Origin: Myxococcota bacterium
Lineage (GTDB): Bacteria; Myxococcota; XYA12-FULL-58-9; JALHOP01
Length of the DNA stretch: 64,000 nucleotides
Assembly: GCA_041288095.1 (NCBI GenBank)
Contig: JBGGMJ010000187.1
Coordinates: 32,829 to 96,828 of the forward strand
Direction of reading: 5' to 3'
In this document: positions 37,496 to 46,870 of the stretch, piece by piece
How positions within the stretch are numbered: the stretch's first letter is position 1
How the letters are laid out: the number at the start of each line of letters is the position of its first letter
The notes under the pieces: generated by a model
Told to the model about the DNA's origin: nothing
Seen by the model: only the letters and a program-made list of their open reading frames with translations
Database searches by the model: none
Position numbers and translations under genes: made by a program

Positions 37496-38707
37496 ATGTC
37501 GTCGCGAACCGTCGGCCTTCAAACGCGCACGCTGTTGTTGGGCTCGACCAGTTGGGGCGTGCTCGAGCGACGCATTCCCCGCGTCATCGTCGACAGAGTC
37601 GCCAGCGGCGATCACTTCGTCACCGGCGGCGGCAACGGCTGTCGTCCCGCCGAGTCGGCGCATCGGGACGCGGTCGCACGCGGCATGGAGCGGTTGGACG
37701 CAACCATCGCGGCCTGGCTGCGCGAAACTCGGCCGGCGGCGCCGATGTTCGGCTTCGAGCTTTTCGCCGCGATAGCGGGTGGCTTCGATCTCGGGCTCAC
37801 GTACGACGTCGATGCCCTCGCCTTGGCTCACCGCAAAACAGGCGCTCCGCTACTGCCTCCCACATGCAATCCGCTCGCGCGGACACTAATCACCGCCCTG
37901 CGCACGCGGGGTGCCAAGGTTCGCTTGAGCGGCAACGCCCTCGAGCTGCTTGCGCCAACGCCCGCGACGATCGCCGAGCACCATGAGCGTCTCGAGACCG
38001 CGCGACGCGGCCGCACAGTCGGAGGGATGCCGATCGCCGGCGTCGATGTCACACGGATTTGGTACGACGGCACGACGCCGCTAGGCTTGGACGCACTGCT
38101 GGGCGACGTTACTCCCGAGCGCCGCCTGGTCGTCGAGCGCGCCACCGCGATGGTGAGCCACCGCTGGCGAGCAAGCCGCGCCAACATCCATCACGGCCTG
38201 GGCGTCGATGGCGTCTGGAGCGACACGCCCGACGAGAAGTTCGTGGGCGGCGGCTTCTGTCTGGGTGGCAAGATCAACGTCGGCCTGCCCTACTTCTATG
38301 GCGGCTTCAGCGATCTCGCCTCCTTCGACCGAGGGATCGCCGCGGGTCTACCCGCCGGGCACATCTTCGAAGTCACGCCGACGTTTCGCGAGGACAACGC
38401 CTTCACGCCCATCGGCGTTGGCGTCGACTGCTCGGGCTTCGTGGCGCGCGCCTGGGACCTCGAGCACAAGATCGCGACCGGCGGTATTGCCGAGGCCACG
38501 ACACCGCTCGCCGATTACCGCGAGCTGAAACCCGGCGACGTGGTGATGAAGGTCTGGCAACACGTCATGCTGTTCGTCGGTCGTCGCGGCGACCAGCTGC
38601 TGTTCATGGAGTCGACCCCACCGCGCTGCATCGGCCTCGCGTACACGGCGGCCGAGCTCGAGGCGATGCAGATGTTGCCGCGGGCCGCCAAGTGGCTCGA
38701 CGGCTGA
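37496..38707 (+). CDS. Protein with C-terminal NlpC/P60 cysteine peptidase domain
   Basis: GLPYFYGG, GVDCSGFVARAW, LKPGDVV, HVMLF, MES. Confidence 0.85.
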   Translation: MSSRTVGLQTRTLLLGSTSWGVLERRIPRVIVDRVASGDHFVTGGGNGCRPAESAHRDAVARGMERLDATIAAWLRETRPAAPMFGFELFAAIAGGFDLGLTYDVDALALAHRKTGAPLLPPTCNPLARTLITALRTRGAKVRLSGNALELLAPTPATIAEHHERLETARRGRTVGGMPIAGVDVTRIWYDGTTPLGLDALLGDVTPERRLVVERATAMVSHRWRASRANIHHGLGVDGVWSDTPDEKFVGGGFCLGGKINVGLPYFYGGFSDLASFDRGIAAGLPAGHIFEVTPTFREDNAFTPIGVGVDCSGFVARAWDLEHKIATGGIAEATTPLADYRELKPGDVVMKVWQHVMLFVGRRGDQLLFMESTPPRCIGLAYTAAELEAMQMLPRAAKWLDG

Positions 38708-38711
38708 GGGA

Positions 38712-38741
38712 ATCGACCAGGAACCTTCTCGTGCCGCGCTG
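38712..38741 (+). repeat. Dispersed motif copy 3
   Basis: ATCGACCAGGAACCTTCTCGTGCCGCGCTG, starting 4 nt after the NlpC/P60 stop codon. Confidence 0.8.
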
Positions 38742-38781
38742 TCGCGCAACAAACCTGCGGTGCCAACGATAGTTCCGTTGC

Positions 38782-39162
38782 ATGCAGACAAAGACCGTAG
38801 CGCCGCCCCCTTATATCGCCGAACGTCCACGACAGGGGTTGGCCGCGGCAGTGCAAACCGCCCCGGTGGCCGGCTCCGACCTGCCAGCGGTCATCGTCGC
38901 CAAGCCCGTCGAGAAGCAGTTCTCGTCGGTCGACAGCTTGAACCGCGAGATCGCGATCCTGAACGCGGCACAGCCCATCGCGCTGCTCGGCTGCGCCGTC
39001 GCTTTTGGTGTGACCCAAGCAATGAATCCGGACAGCTGGCGCGAGGCGCTCGTATGTCTCGCACCCTTCATCGCCGGTATTGCCGGCCCCATGCTCGCGG
39101 TCGCCGTCGAGTCGAAGCGTCGCGCCTTTCACGAAGCACGCCGTCGTTCCCAGTACGAGTAG
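38782..39162 (+). CDS. Small hypothetical protein with two TM helices
   Basis: 126 aa, two hydrophobic segments. Confidence 0.6.
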   Translation: MQTKTVAPPPYIAERPRQGLAAAVQTAPVAGSDLPAVIVAKPVEKQFSSVDSLNREIAILNAAQPIALLGCAVAFGVTQAMNPDSWREALVCLAPFIAGIAGPMLAVAVESKRRAFHEARRRSQYE

Positions 39163-39257
39163 CCGACTCGACGCCCTGTGCCGCCATGGCACCGCTCGCC
39201 ATGCCGCTCCCTTCGTCGCGGTCCCGATAACGCCGAACGCCACGCCGGGAGAGCGTC

Positions 39258-40496
39258 TTGGAACCAGCATCACGTGCCAATGCAGGTGTGACACCTCGCC
39301 CGACGCACGCTCCGCCACCGCAAGCCTCCACGCCGACGTCGCGACCGATCCCCGCGCAACGACGAGCCAGCGCCGCTTTAGCGGACGGACCCGATCGTCC
39401 TTGCAAGGCAAAGCCCCAGCCGGCGCCTCCATGGGTCGATCCAGCAAGCAACCGTGAGTGCGATCTCGAGATCGTCAACCTCCAGGACCTCGAGCAAGAC
39501 GCCAAACGTATTCTCTCGCCGCGGCGCTACTCGTTCATCGAGCCCGTCGGCGACGGCGTGAGCTACCGTGAGAACCTGCGCGCTTTCGAAGCGCACCCCA
39601 TCCTGCCTCGCCGGCTCCGCGGCATCAAAGCCATCGACCTGCGCACGCAGTTGCTCGGGCAAGCACTGCCCTTCCCGATCATCACCTGCCCCATGGGCTC
39701 ACACGGCCGCTTCCACGTCGAAGCGGAGAACGCCACGGCTCGGGGCACCGGTGCCGCGGGGACGCTCTACGTTTCCTCCGGAGCGGCCAACCAGACGATG
39801 GAGGACATCGCCGGCGCCACCAGCGGGCCCAAGTGGTTCCAGATCTACATGAATCGCGACATGGAGATTAACCGCTGGCTGTGCAAACGCGCGCGCGAAG
39901 CCGGCTACACCGCCATCGTCTTCACTGTCGATGCGCTCGGCGCCAGTCAGTCCGATGCCTACGTGCGGCATGGGCGCTATACGCCCCCAGACCTAACCAT
40001 CGGCAACCACGATCCCAAGCGCGGTGGCCGCGGCGACTTCCGGGACCAGAAGCGGGACATCACCTTCGAGGACATTCGCTTCCTGCGGGAAGAATCCGGG
40101 CTGCCGGTCGTCGTCAAAGGGCTCACGCACCCGGATGACGTCGACAAGGCGATCGGCGCCGGCGCCGCGGCGGTGTGGATCTCGAACCATGGTGGTCGAC
40201 AGATCGACGGTGTGCCGGCATCGCTCACCCTGCTCGAAGCGGCCGCCAAGCGCGTCGCCGGTCGCGTGCCGGTCATATTCGATAGCGGAGTCCGCCGGGG
40301 CATCGACGTGTTCAAGGCGATCGCCCTGGGCGCTGACGTCGTCGCGGTCGGCAGACCGGTTCTTTGGGGCCTGATCAACGGGGGCGCCGGCGGCGTGAAA
40401 ACCGTCTACGAACACATCGTTCGCGAGCTCAAAGAGGCCATGTTGCTCGCCGGCCGCGCCAACGTGAAGGACATCACCCGCGATAGCGTGGGCTGA
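39258..40496 (+). CDS. FMN-dependent alpha-hydroxy acid oxidase (lactate/glycolate oxidase family)
   Basis: WFQIY, FTVD, VVKG, ISNHGGRQID, DSGVRRG, GRPVLWG; start uncertain. Confidence 0.93.
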   Translation: MEPASRANAGVTPRPTHAPPPQASTPTSRPIPAQRRASAALADGPDRPCKAKPQPAPPWVDPASNRECDLEIVNLQDLEQDAKRILSPRRYSFIEPVGDGVSYRENLRAFEAHPILPRRLRGIKAIDLRTQLLGQALPFPIITCPMGSHGRFHVEAENATARGTGAAGTLYVSSGAANQTMEDIAGATSGPKWFQIYMNRDMEINRWLCKRAREAGYTAIVFTVDALGASQSDAYVRHGRYTPPDLTIGNHDPKRGGRGDFRDQKRDITFEDIRFLREESGLPVVVKGLTHPDDVDKAIGAGAAAVWISNHGGRQIDGVPASLTLLEAAAKRVAGRVPVIFDSGVRRGIDVFKAIALGADVVAVGRPVLWGLINGGAGGVKTVYEHIVRELKEAMLLAGRANVKDITRDSVG

Positions 40497-40575
40497 CCGC
40501 TCTCCGCGCCCGATTTGACCTCGTTCGCCCCCTGAACTACTCCCATTCTCGGGGTGAGGGGCGGAGTAAAATGTA

Positions 40576-41742
40576 ATGAAGCGCCCTCGCGGGTTTGGCG
40601 TGGTTGCGTGTCGTTGGGTGGTTGGTCTCGCTTGCGTCGGCAGCGTCGCCTGCGGCGGTGGCGGTGACGATGGGCCTACCCATGAGGAAGAGGAGAGCTT
40701 GGTCCAAGCTTGCCCCGCCGACATCGCAACGGTGCTGTTCGACCGGTTGCCGGTCGCGGCCACCGCCATCAACGAAGTCATCGTCTTCGGCGAGCTCGAC
40801 CCGGGCGGCGATGATGTCATCCCCAACAACCAGAGCGGCATCCGCTTGAACGGACAGGGTGTTCCTCTCGTCGCCCCCGGCAACGTGACTGTCGTCGGCG
40901 TGCGCTCCTCGACCTTCACGGTCTCACCCTTCCGGCAGGGCGAAACCGACTTCGGCTTGATCATCCGCCCGTGCAGCGAGGCCACCGCGACGTTCCTGCA
41001 CGTGATCTCCCTGGTGCCGAAGTTCGCCGACCTGCTCGCCGGTGCCGTGTGTTCCGACTATTCGACCGACTCGGAGACGGTGCACGACTGCAAGATCGAA
41101 GGCCTCGAGATCGCCGTGACCTCGGGCGAGGCTCTCGGCACCGTCGGCGGCGCCACCGCTGGTGGTTTCGACTTCGACATGCACGACACGCGCTCGGTCG
41201 CATCCGTGACCGCCCGCGCGAACGACCTCTACAAGAACGCGGTCTGCTTCAGCCGCTACTACGACGCGACGAACCGCGCCCTGCTCGAGTCGCGCACCGG
41301 GCTGTTGGGTGTCGTGCGTACCGGCGAGCCGGCCTGCGGCAGCATCGAAGTCGACGTTCCTGGGACTGCTCAGGGTGTTTGGGTGAAGGCCTCGAACCCT
41401 GTTCCCTACGATGGCGGCGCCGACAACTATCTGACGCTCGCACCCCACTTTCTCGACCCCGACAACCGCCAGGACATCGCGATTGGCGGCACCAGCCCCA
41501 TCCTCGAGGACTTCGTCCGCGGCGTGGCGCGCACCAATCGCGACTTCGAGCAGCTCACCGAAGACGGGCTCCTCTACTGCTACAGCAACGGCGGCACGAC
41601 CACGCGTTCGTACTTCGTGCGCTTGAACGCCGGCCAGCAGCTCACTCTCGAGGTGAAGACCCACGCCCCCGGCGTGACTCCTTGTCTCGACGCTCCGGGA
41701 ACCTGGGCTTTCTCCGGGGCCGCTGTAGCGTACATCCGTTAG
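40576..41742 (+). CDS. Lipoprotein with degenerate M23-like fold
   Basis: Lipobox SVAC; LVAPGNVTV, VTSGEALGTVGG..FDF pattern; no HxxxD motif seen. Confidence 0.6.
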   Translation: MKRPRGFGVVACRWVVGLACVGSVACGGGGDDGPTHEEEESLVQACPADIATVLFDRLPVAATAINEVIVFGELDPGGDDVIPNNQSGIRLNGQGVPLVAPGNVTVVGVRSSTFTVSPFRQGETDFGLIIRPCSEATATFLHVISLVPKFADLLAGAVCSDYSTDSETVHDCKIEGLEIAVTSGEALGTVGGATAGGFDFDMHDTRSVASVTARANDLYKNAVCFSRYYDATNRALLESRTGLLGVVRTGEPACGSIEVDVPGTAQGVWVKASNPVPYDGGADNYLTLAPHFLDPDNRQDIAIGGTSPILEDFVRGVARTNRDFEQLTEDGLLYCYSNGGTTTRSYFVRLNAGQQLTLEVKTHAPGVTPCLDAPGTWAFSGAAVAYIR

Positions 41743-41835
41743 GCGCGACGACCGGCGCGGGCATGCCTTCCGCTTTCGTCTCGGTCGCGCTATTCTGGCC
41801 AGCTCGCGTCGTGGTTGCGAGCGGAGGTTAGGCCC

Positions 41836-42345
41836 ATGATTGCGAAGCGCGGAGTGAAGAAAGCGGCAAAGAAGTCACCGGCGGCCCGCGCCGCCGGGCG
41901 TAGCGCCGCCCCGCCACAGGGGGCGCTCCTGGACCGGCAGCTCCAGGACGCCGAGTTTGCCGGCCACTATCTCACGGAGAGCTTCGCTCTCGGCGCGGCG
42001 CAATTCACGACCGCGCTGACCAATGTCGTGCGCGCCCGTCGCAACGCGAAGCTCGGGCACAGCCCGACGATCGCGGAAACGATCAAGCTGCTCGCCGCCT
42101 TGCGCATCGACGTGACGTTCACGCATCGCAGCAGGCGCGGCGTCCCAGCGAGCTCGCAACGGCTCAAACCCATCAGAACACGCGCCGACCTCAAGGAAGC
42201 GCTGGCACGGCTCGATGTCCTCCTGAACAAGGACGAGAGTGACACCGAGGCGATGAACGACCTCGAAGTGCTGGCGATTCTCGTCGAGTCCTACGAGCGC
42301 GAGCAGCACCCCGTCGAAGCCGTGGCGGCAAAGAAACCGCGCTAG
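41836..42345 (+). CDS. Chimeric antitoxin-like protein (HI1420-like antidote fragment + HigA N-terminal fragment)
   Basis: GGAGG SD; LQDAEFAGHYL..ALTNVVRAR..SPTIAETIKLLAAL; KPIRTRADLKEALARLDVL..LEVLAILVESYE..HP. Confidence 0.6.
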   Translation: MIAKRGVKKAAKKSPAARAAGRSAAPPQGALLDRQLQDAEFAGHYLTESFALGAAQFTTALTNVVRARRNAKLGHSPTIAETIKLLAALRIDVTFTHRSRRGVPASSQRLKPIRTRADLKEALARLDVLLNKDESDTEAMNDLEVLAILVESYEREQHPVEAVAAKKPR

Positions 42346-42397
42346 GCGGGCACCCCTGGGCTGCTAGGCAACGCGGAAGCGGCTAAGATCGGTGCGT

Positions 42398-43342
42398 ATG
42401 CGTTTTGTGATGATCGTAGGCCTTTGTGCCGCGTGCGGGCGCTCGTCGCTGCCCGATCTGTCGCCGCCGACCGCCGTGCCGACCCTGGGAGGCGTCCCGC
42501 TGGCATCATCCTCATGGTCCACGCCCCAGCGACTCGTCGATGTCGAAGCGTTGCTCGAAACCGTGCGCACCAATGTGAACACCAACATGTTCGATCCCGT
42601 GCTCTCTGAAGACGGCCTGTCTTTGTTCGTTACAACGGACATCGGCGGCACCTGGGACGTCTATGAGCTACGGCGACCGTCGCTCACCTCGAGCTTCGAT
42701 CAGATCGCGCCGCTGGGCACCGACGTGAATCCCACGGGTGTGGTCACCTTCGGATACCAACCGTTGCCCTCGCTCGGCTTCGTCGCCGCGTTCGGTAACT
42801 ATCCCCTCGAGGGCATCGCGGCGGGCACCTTCGTGGTCGTTTTCGCGGACGCCGCTGAGTCGCCGTTCAGGTGGCGCGCGAGCACCGTCAGCCTGCCCTT
42901 CGAGGTCGTCATCGATCCACGCCTGACAGCCGACGGGAACACGATGATGTTTGCCGTGGCGACGATCGCCGACCCGCGGCGTTCACTCTACGTGAGCGAA
43001 CGCGCGACGACGGCCGACGAGTTCAGCGCGGCAGTGCCGGTCGAAGGCCTCACACAACAAGACAACAGCGCGCCGTGGCTGTCAGCGGACAAGCGCGTCC
43101 TGTTGTTTGCCAACGCCGATCCGAACGCGGAGACGACCTCGGAGCTGTGGAGCGCCAGCCGCATCGATGTCACGGGCCCCTTCACCGACGCGGCGCCAAT
43201 TCCGGAGCTCAACTCTCCGGACTTCGATGGCGAGCCCTATGTCTTCGAAAGCGCGGAGGTCTGCGAGCTCTACATCATCTCCTGGCGCCCGGAAGCTCCG
43301 GGCTTTCGCTTGTACCGCTCGCTCCTCACGGCGGCGGAATGA
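42398..43342 (+). CDS. Lipoprotein with PD40/TolB-like propeller repeats
   Basis: CAAC-GRSSL; PxLS[AE]DG-type repeats; PIPELNS. Confidence 0.75.
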   Translation: MRFVMIVGLCAACGRSSLPDLSPPTAVPTLGGVPLASSSWSTPQRLVDVEALLETVRTNVNTNMFDPVLSEDGLSLFVTTDIGGTWDVYELRRPSLTSSFDQIAPLGTDVNPTGVVTFGYQPLPSLGFVAAFGNYPLEGIAAGTFVVVFADAAESPFRWRASTVSLPFEVVIDPRLTADGNTMMFAVATIADPRRSLYVSERATTADEFSAAVPVEGLTQQDNSAPWLSADKRVLLFANADPNAETTSELWSASRIDVTGPFTDAAPIPELNSPDFDGEPYVFESAEVCELYIISWRPEAPGFRLYRSLLTAAE

Positions 43343-44096
43343 GCCCGTGGACGACGAGCTCTTCACCTTCGATGGTGCACCAGCGCACGTTGTTCCATGC
43401 CGCGATCGTCGGACGATTGGGGTCGAGCAGAAACGGCTCGAAGTCGAACGAGTGCGCGCTGTCGCTCTCGCCGTAAAAGCAGACGTCATCGAGCGCGAGC
43501 GTGCCCGGGCGCCCGTCGGTGTGGAAGCGTAGGCCGAACGAGCCGCCGCGGATGAGCACGTTCGTGAGCCGCACGTCGACAGCGTAGGAATCAGCGATGA
43601 ACAAGGCGGAGTCGGTCCCGGGCAGTGCGCTCAAGGTCGTGCCGCTGATGTTCAAGGCGGCACTCGCGACGTTGTTCGGGTCATAGCACTGGATGGGATC
43701 ACCACCCTGCGACTCGATCCAGCTATCGACGATGTTCATCGTCGCGGTGCCACGACAGCGATAGCCGTCACCGATGCTGCCTCCGCCAATGCGGACGCGC
43801 GTCATGGTGCTGATACCGCCTTCGCACAGGTTCACCACGGCGGACCCTGCACCGCTTTCGGTGATGCTCTGGTCGGCTACGGATTCGCAGGCGAGCTCTC
43901 GCGGGGCCGAATCAGTCACCTGCGCGAAGAAAGCAACGTCATCGAAGCTGAACGGGAATGGTCGGGGTGGCGCATCGTCATCGCCTCCGCAAGCCGGCCA
44001 GCACTCCGCGAGCTCGTCTTGGACGGCGCCAAAGCCGCCGCGGCCACACGCGGCCGCGAGCAGCACGGCGGTGAGCAGGCACAACCGCGACGTCAT
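43326..44096 (-). CDS. Lipoprotein, paralog of the C-terminal (probable beta-helix) domain of 46871-48688
   Basis: ATGA-coupled to FecR gene; AAAC-GRGGFG; shares ATMNIVDSW, GLRFHTDGRPG, DVCFYG, WCTIE..LVVHG. Confidence 0.85.
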   Translation of the reverse strand: MTSRLCLLTAVLLAAACGRGGFGAVQDELAECWPACGGDDDAPPRPFPFSFDDVAFFAQVTDSAPRELACESVADQSITESGAGSAVVNLCEGGISTMTRVRIGGGSIGDGYRCRGTATMNIVDSWIESQGGDPIQCYDPNNVASAALNISGTTLSALPGTDSALFIADSYAVDVRLTNVLIRGGSFGLRFHTDGRPGTLALDDVCFYGESDSAHSFDFEPFLLDPNRPTIAAWNNVRWCTIEGEELVVHGLIPPP

Positions 44097-45241
44097 CGGG
44101 TCGCCTCGGAGAGCCGGCGCAGGTAGTCCGCCACCGCCTCGATCTTCATACCGCTCGGAAAGTCTCGCCGATACCCTTCCAGGCATGCCCGCGCCTCGGC
44201 CCCGGCCGAAGAGCGCAGCAGCAGCTCGCAGCGGCGAAAGGTCGCGGCGTCCGCGAAACGTCCCTGGGGGTACCGCTGCAAGTACGCTTCGGCGGACGTG
44301 ATGTCGCCCTGGAGAGTCGCCATTTCGAAGACCGCGGTCTCGGCGCTAGCCGTCCACGGATATTCACGCGCGACCTTCTCGTAGAGCTCGACGGCGCCTT
44401 GCTTATCGCTCTTGCGCACGGCGCATTCAGCATCGAGCAGCAGCGCCTGGGCCTTGTCCTCGGCGAACTTGCTGCTCTTCACGAGATCCGCGACTTGAGC
44501 ACGCAAGGCGTCGCAGCGCTCGGCTCGCAGACTGGTCATTGCCGCGTCCCACGAGGCTCCAGCCGGGACGGCGCGTGGGTTTGCCGACGGCTGCTGGCGG
44601 CGCGGAGGCCGAGCTGGATCAGGAGAACGCTCCACCGCGACGGACTCCGCCGGGCGCTCGAACGCTTCGCCGGCGCGCAGGGTACGGCTCGACGACTCGC
44701 CTTCGAGCTTCAGCTCGACGACTCCCACGGTGACGGTCACGCGCTCGACCCGCGCCTCCTCCGCGAACACGGCGAACTGAGCCTCGTAGACCAAGACTTC
44801 GTCGCGCCCCACTTGGACACGGAAGGGCTCGGTTTCGCGTGAGTGCCGCGTCACCATGAACGCGACTTCTCCCGCATCGAGGTGAGCGCGCGCTCCCGCC
44901 GGGAGCTCGACACGCGCCCCTTCGCGCGCGGCGGCGGATTCTCCCGCGCCCGCAATCTTCACCTCGCCGCTACGCACGACCAAGCGCACCGGCGCTGGTT
45001 CCGGCGCCCGCTCCAACACGCGAGGCCATAGCAGCAGCATCACCACGGCAGCTGCGGCCGCCGTGAGCAGGGGCACGAGCCAGGGCCAGCGCCAGCCGCG
45101 AGACACGCGCCGCCCACGCATCCGGCGCACAACGCTATCCCGGACTGCGCGGAGCTCCGCGTCGCCGAGCCCGGCTTCGGTCTCCCGGCGCACCGCATCG
45201 ATCGCGGCGTCGTAGCGTTGCGTGCCCTCTTCGCGTTTCAC
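44093..45241 (-). CDS. FecR-domain anti-sigma factor with C-terminal TPR
   Basis: TM helix; GEVAF.V..PFRVQVG..V.V.AQFAV..VTVTVGVV; YLQRYPQGRF and YRRDFPSG TPR ends; GTGA overlap with sigma. Confidence 0.85.
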   Translation of the reverse strand: MKREEGTQRYDAAIDAVRRETEAGLGDAELRAVRDSVVRRMRGRRVSRGWRWPWLVPLLTAAAAAVVMLLLWPRVLERAPEPAPVRLVVRSGEVKIAGAGESAAAREGARVELPAGARAHLDAGEVAFMVTRHSRETEPFRVQVGRDEVLVYEAQFAVFAEEARVERVTVTVGVVELKLEGESSSRTLRAGEAFERPAESVAVERSPDPARPPRRQQPSANPRAVPAGASWDAAMTSLRAERCDALRAQVADLVKSSKFAEDKAQALLLDAECAVRKSDKQGAVELYEKVAREYPWTASAETAVFEMATLQGDITSAEAYLQRYPQGRFADAATFRRCELLLRSSAGAEARACLEGYRRDFPSGMKIEAVADYLRRLSEATR

Positions 45242-45888
45242 GACTTGGCTCCACTTCCCATGCGCTTCTGGATCTTCTCGCGCGCGCTCTCGACACGCGC
45301 ACGCACTGTCTGCGGAGAGTCACCGGTCAGCTCGCCGATCTCCGTCAAGGTCATGCCTTCGAACACATGCATCGTGAACGCCAGGCGCTTCTTCGCCGGC
45401 AAGGTATCGAGGATGGCATAGACGGCACGCACGGCGGCGCGCTGACCGGCCTGGTCCTCGGGGCTCGAGGTCGGCGCCCGGGCGCCGTCGAGCTCGAGGT
45501 CGCTGCCGGAGCGCAGCCACCAGCGCCGGCGCTTCGCCTTGAGGTGTCTTGCCGCGACGAAGTAAGCGAAGCCATGCAGCCACGCGCCGAACGGCCGGTC
45601 GGCCTCGTAGCGTTCGAGGGCGCGATGCAGCTCGAGGAAGGTCACCTGCATGACGTCGCTCACCTCGTCTGGGCGGCCCAACATGCGTAGCAACCTGCGC
45701 GACAACGCCGGCGCGTGACGCTCGTAAAGCTCCGTGAACGCACGCTCGTCACCCTCGACGCTCCGGGACACCAGCGCCCAATCGGAGGCCGCCTCCTCCG
45801 AAGGGTCACCCGCGCCCACACTCCTCGCCACGCCGGGGTCCACGGAGCTATTCCTCCGCGACGCCTGGGCTTTAAAAAGGAAACGCAT
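45238..45888 (-). CDS. ECF RNA polymerase sigma-70 factor
   Basis: GDERAFTELY, DVMQVTFL, FGAWLHGFA, EGMTLTEIGEL..TVRARV. Confidence 0.92.
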   Translation of the reverse strand: MRFLFKAQASRRNSSVDPGVARSVGAGDPSEEAASDWALVSRSVEGDERAFTELYERHAPALSRRLLRMLGRPDEVSDVMQVTFLELHRALERYEADRPFGAWLHGFAYFVAARHLKAKRRRWWLRSGSDLELDGARAPTSSPEDQAGQRAAVRAVYAILDTLPAKKRLAFTMHVFEGMTLTEIGELTGDSPQTVRARVESAREKIQKRMGSGAKS

Positions 45889-46776
45889 CTAGAGCCGAAG
45901 CTCGAGCACGGGCCCCAGGAAAACGTCGATCCGAGCTTGTCTTAGCAGCTCCTGACCCTCGACCGAGAGCCAATGGGGACGGGCCCACACCGTCGCCTGC
46001 ACGATGCCCCCGACCGCCAACCGCTCGCCCCGCCATAGCCACATGAGGCCCGAGACGGCGGCGCCATAGTCGACGTATGCTCGAGCGCCATTGCGGACGT
46101 TGCCGTTCGTGCCCGAAATCCCGATGCGCGTGACTCGCCCGCGCAAGTGCAGTCCGAGCTCGACGAGGTCCCACCAGCGCTTGCGCCCCGCGAGCTCGAG
46201 GTGAAGCTCTCCCCCGCTTGCCGTCACGCCGAGGCGCTCGGCGCTAGCCATCGTACGCAGGGCCAGCGTCCCCACGAAGCTCATGGTCGCGCGTTGCCAC
46301 TTTCCCGCGAGCTGAGCTTGCGCGGCGACGCCGAACGGATCCGCGAGAAGCACCGGGCCCGCGTGGGCCTCGATGGCGACGGCCCCGGCCGCCGCGACGG
46401 GCTCCGCCGTGGTTTCTTCGGCCGGCGCGACCCTGGGCGCTACAGCGGACACCGACTCTCGCACCGCCTCGACGACGTGCAGCGCCACCAGGCGGCTCAC
46501 CTCACCGGCGCGCATCTCGTGAACATCCAGCTCGCTGTTCCACGTGACGTCGCCTTCGATCGCCAGCGCCAAGACGTCGTCGCCCGCCGAGCGCACGGTG
46601 ACCCGCCACGTCGCGGACCCTTGCTCGGAGTCACATCGCGCGACGCGAATCGGGCGCCCCTCCATGCGGACCCGCACCGCATCGACGATGTCGTCCGCCA
46701 TAGTGGCCTCGGCATCGACACACAGCACCGGCTCGGTCGACGCCAAGAGAGCGACGAGCGCCGCGACAAATCCCAT
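45889..46776 (-). CDS. Exported protein with probable C-terminal outer-membrane beta-barrel
   Basis: Hydrophobic N-terminus; amphipathic strands ending FLGPVLELRL; stop abuts the sigma ATG. Confidence 0.65.
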   Translation of the reverse strand: MGFVAALVALLASTEPVLCVDAEATMADDIVDAVRVRMEGRPIRVARCDSEQGSATWRVTVRSAGDDVLALAIEGDVTWNSELDVHEMRAGEVSRLVALHVVEAVRESVSAVAPRVAPAEETTAEPVAAAGAVAIEAHAGPVLLADPFGVAAQAQLAGKWQRATMSFVGTLALRTMASAERLGVTASGGELHLELAGRKRWWDLVELGLHLRGRVTRIGISGTNGNVRNGARAYVDYGAAVSGLMWLWRGERLAVGGIVQATVWARPHWLSVEGQELLRQARIDVFLGPVLELRL

Positions 46777-46870
46777 CTCCGTCTTGATAACGCGCCACTC
46801 TCGCGCACCGCACTTCTTTTTTTAACATTGCCCACACGCGGAGGAAGGCAAGGGACCATTCACTCAGGAG

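Noticed and set aside
46817..46823. T7 tract as a terminator or phase-variable tract
   Set aside because: No preceding hairpin, short length, and a divergent promoter location where AT-rich sequence is expected.
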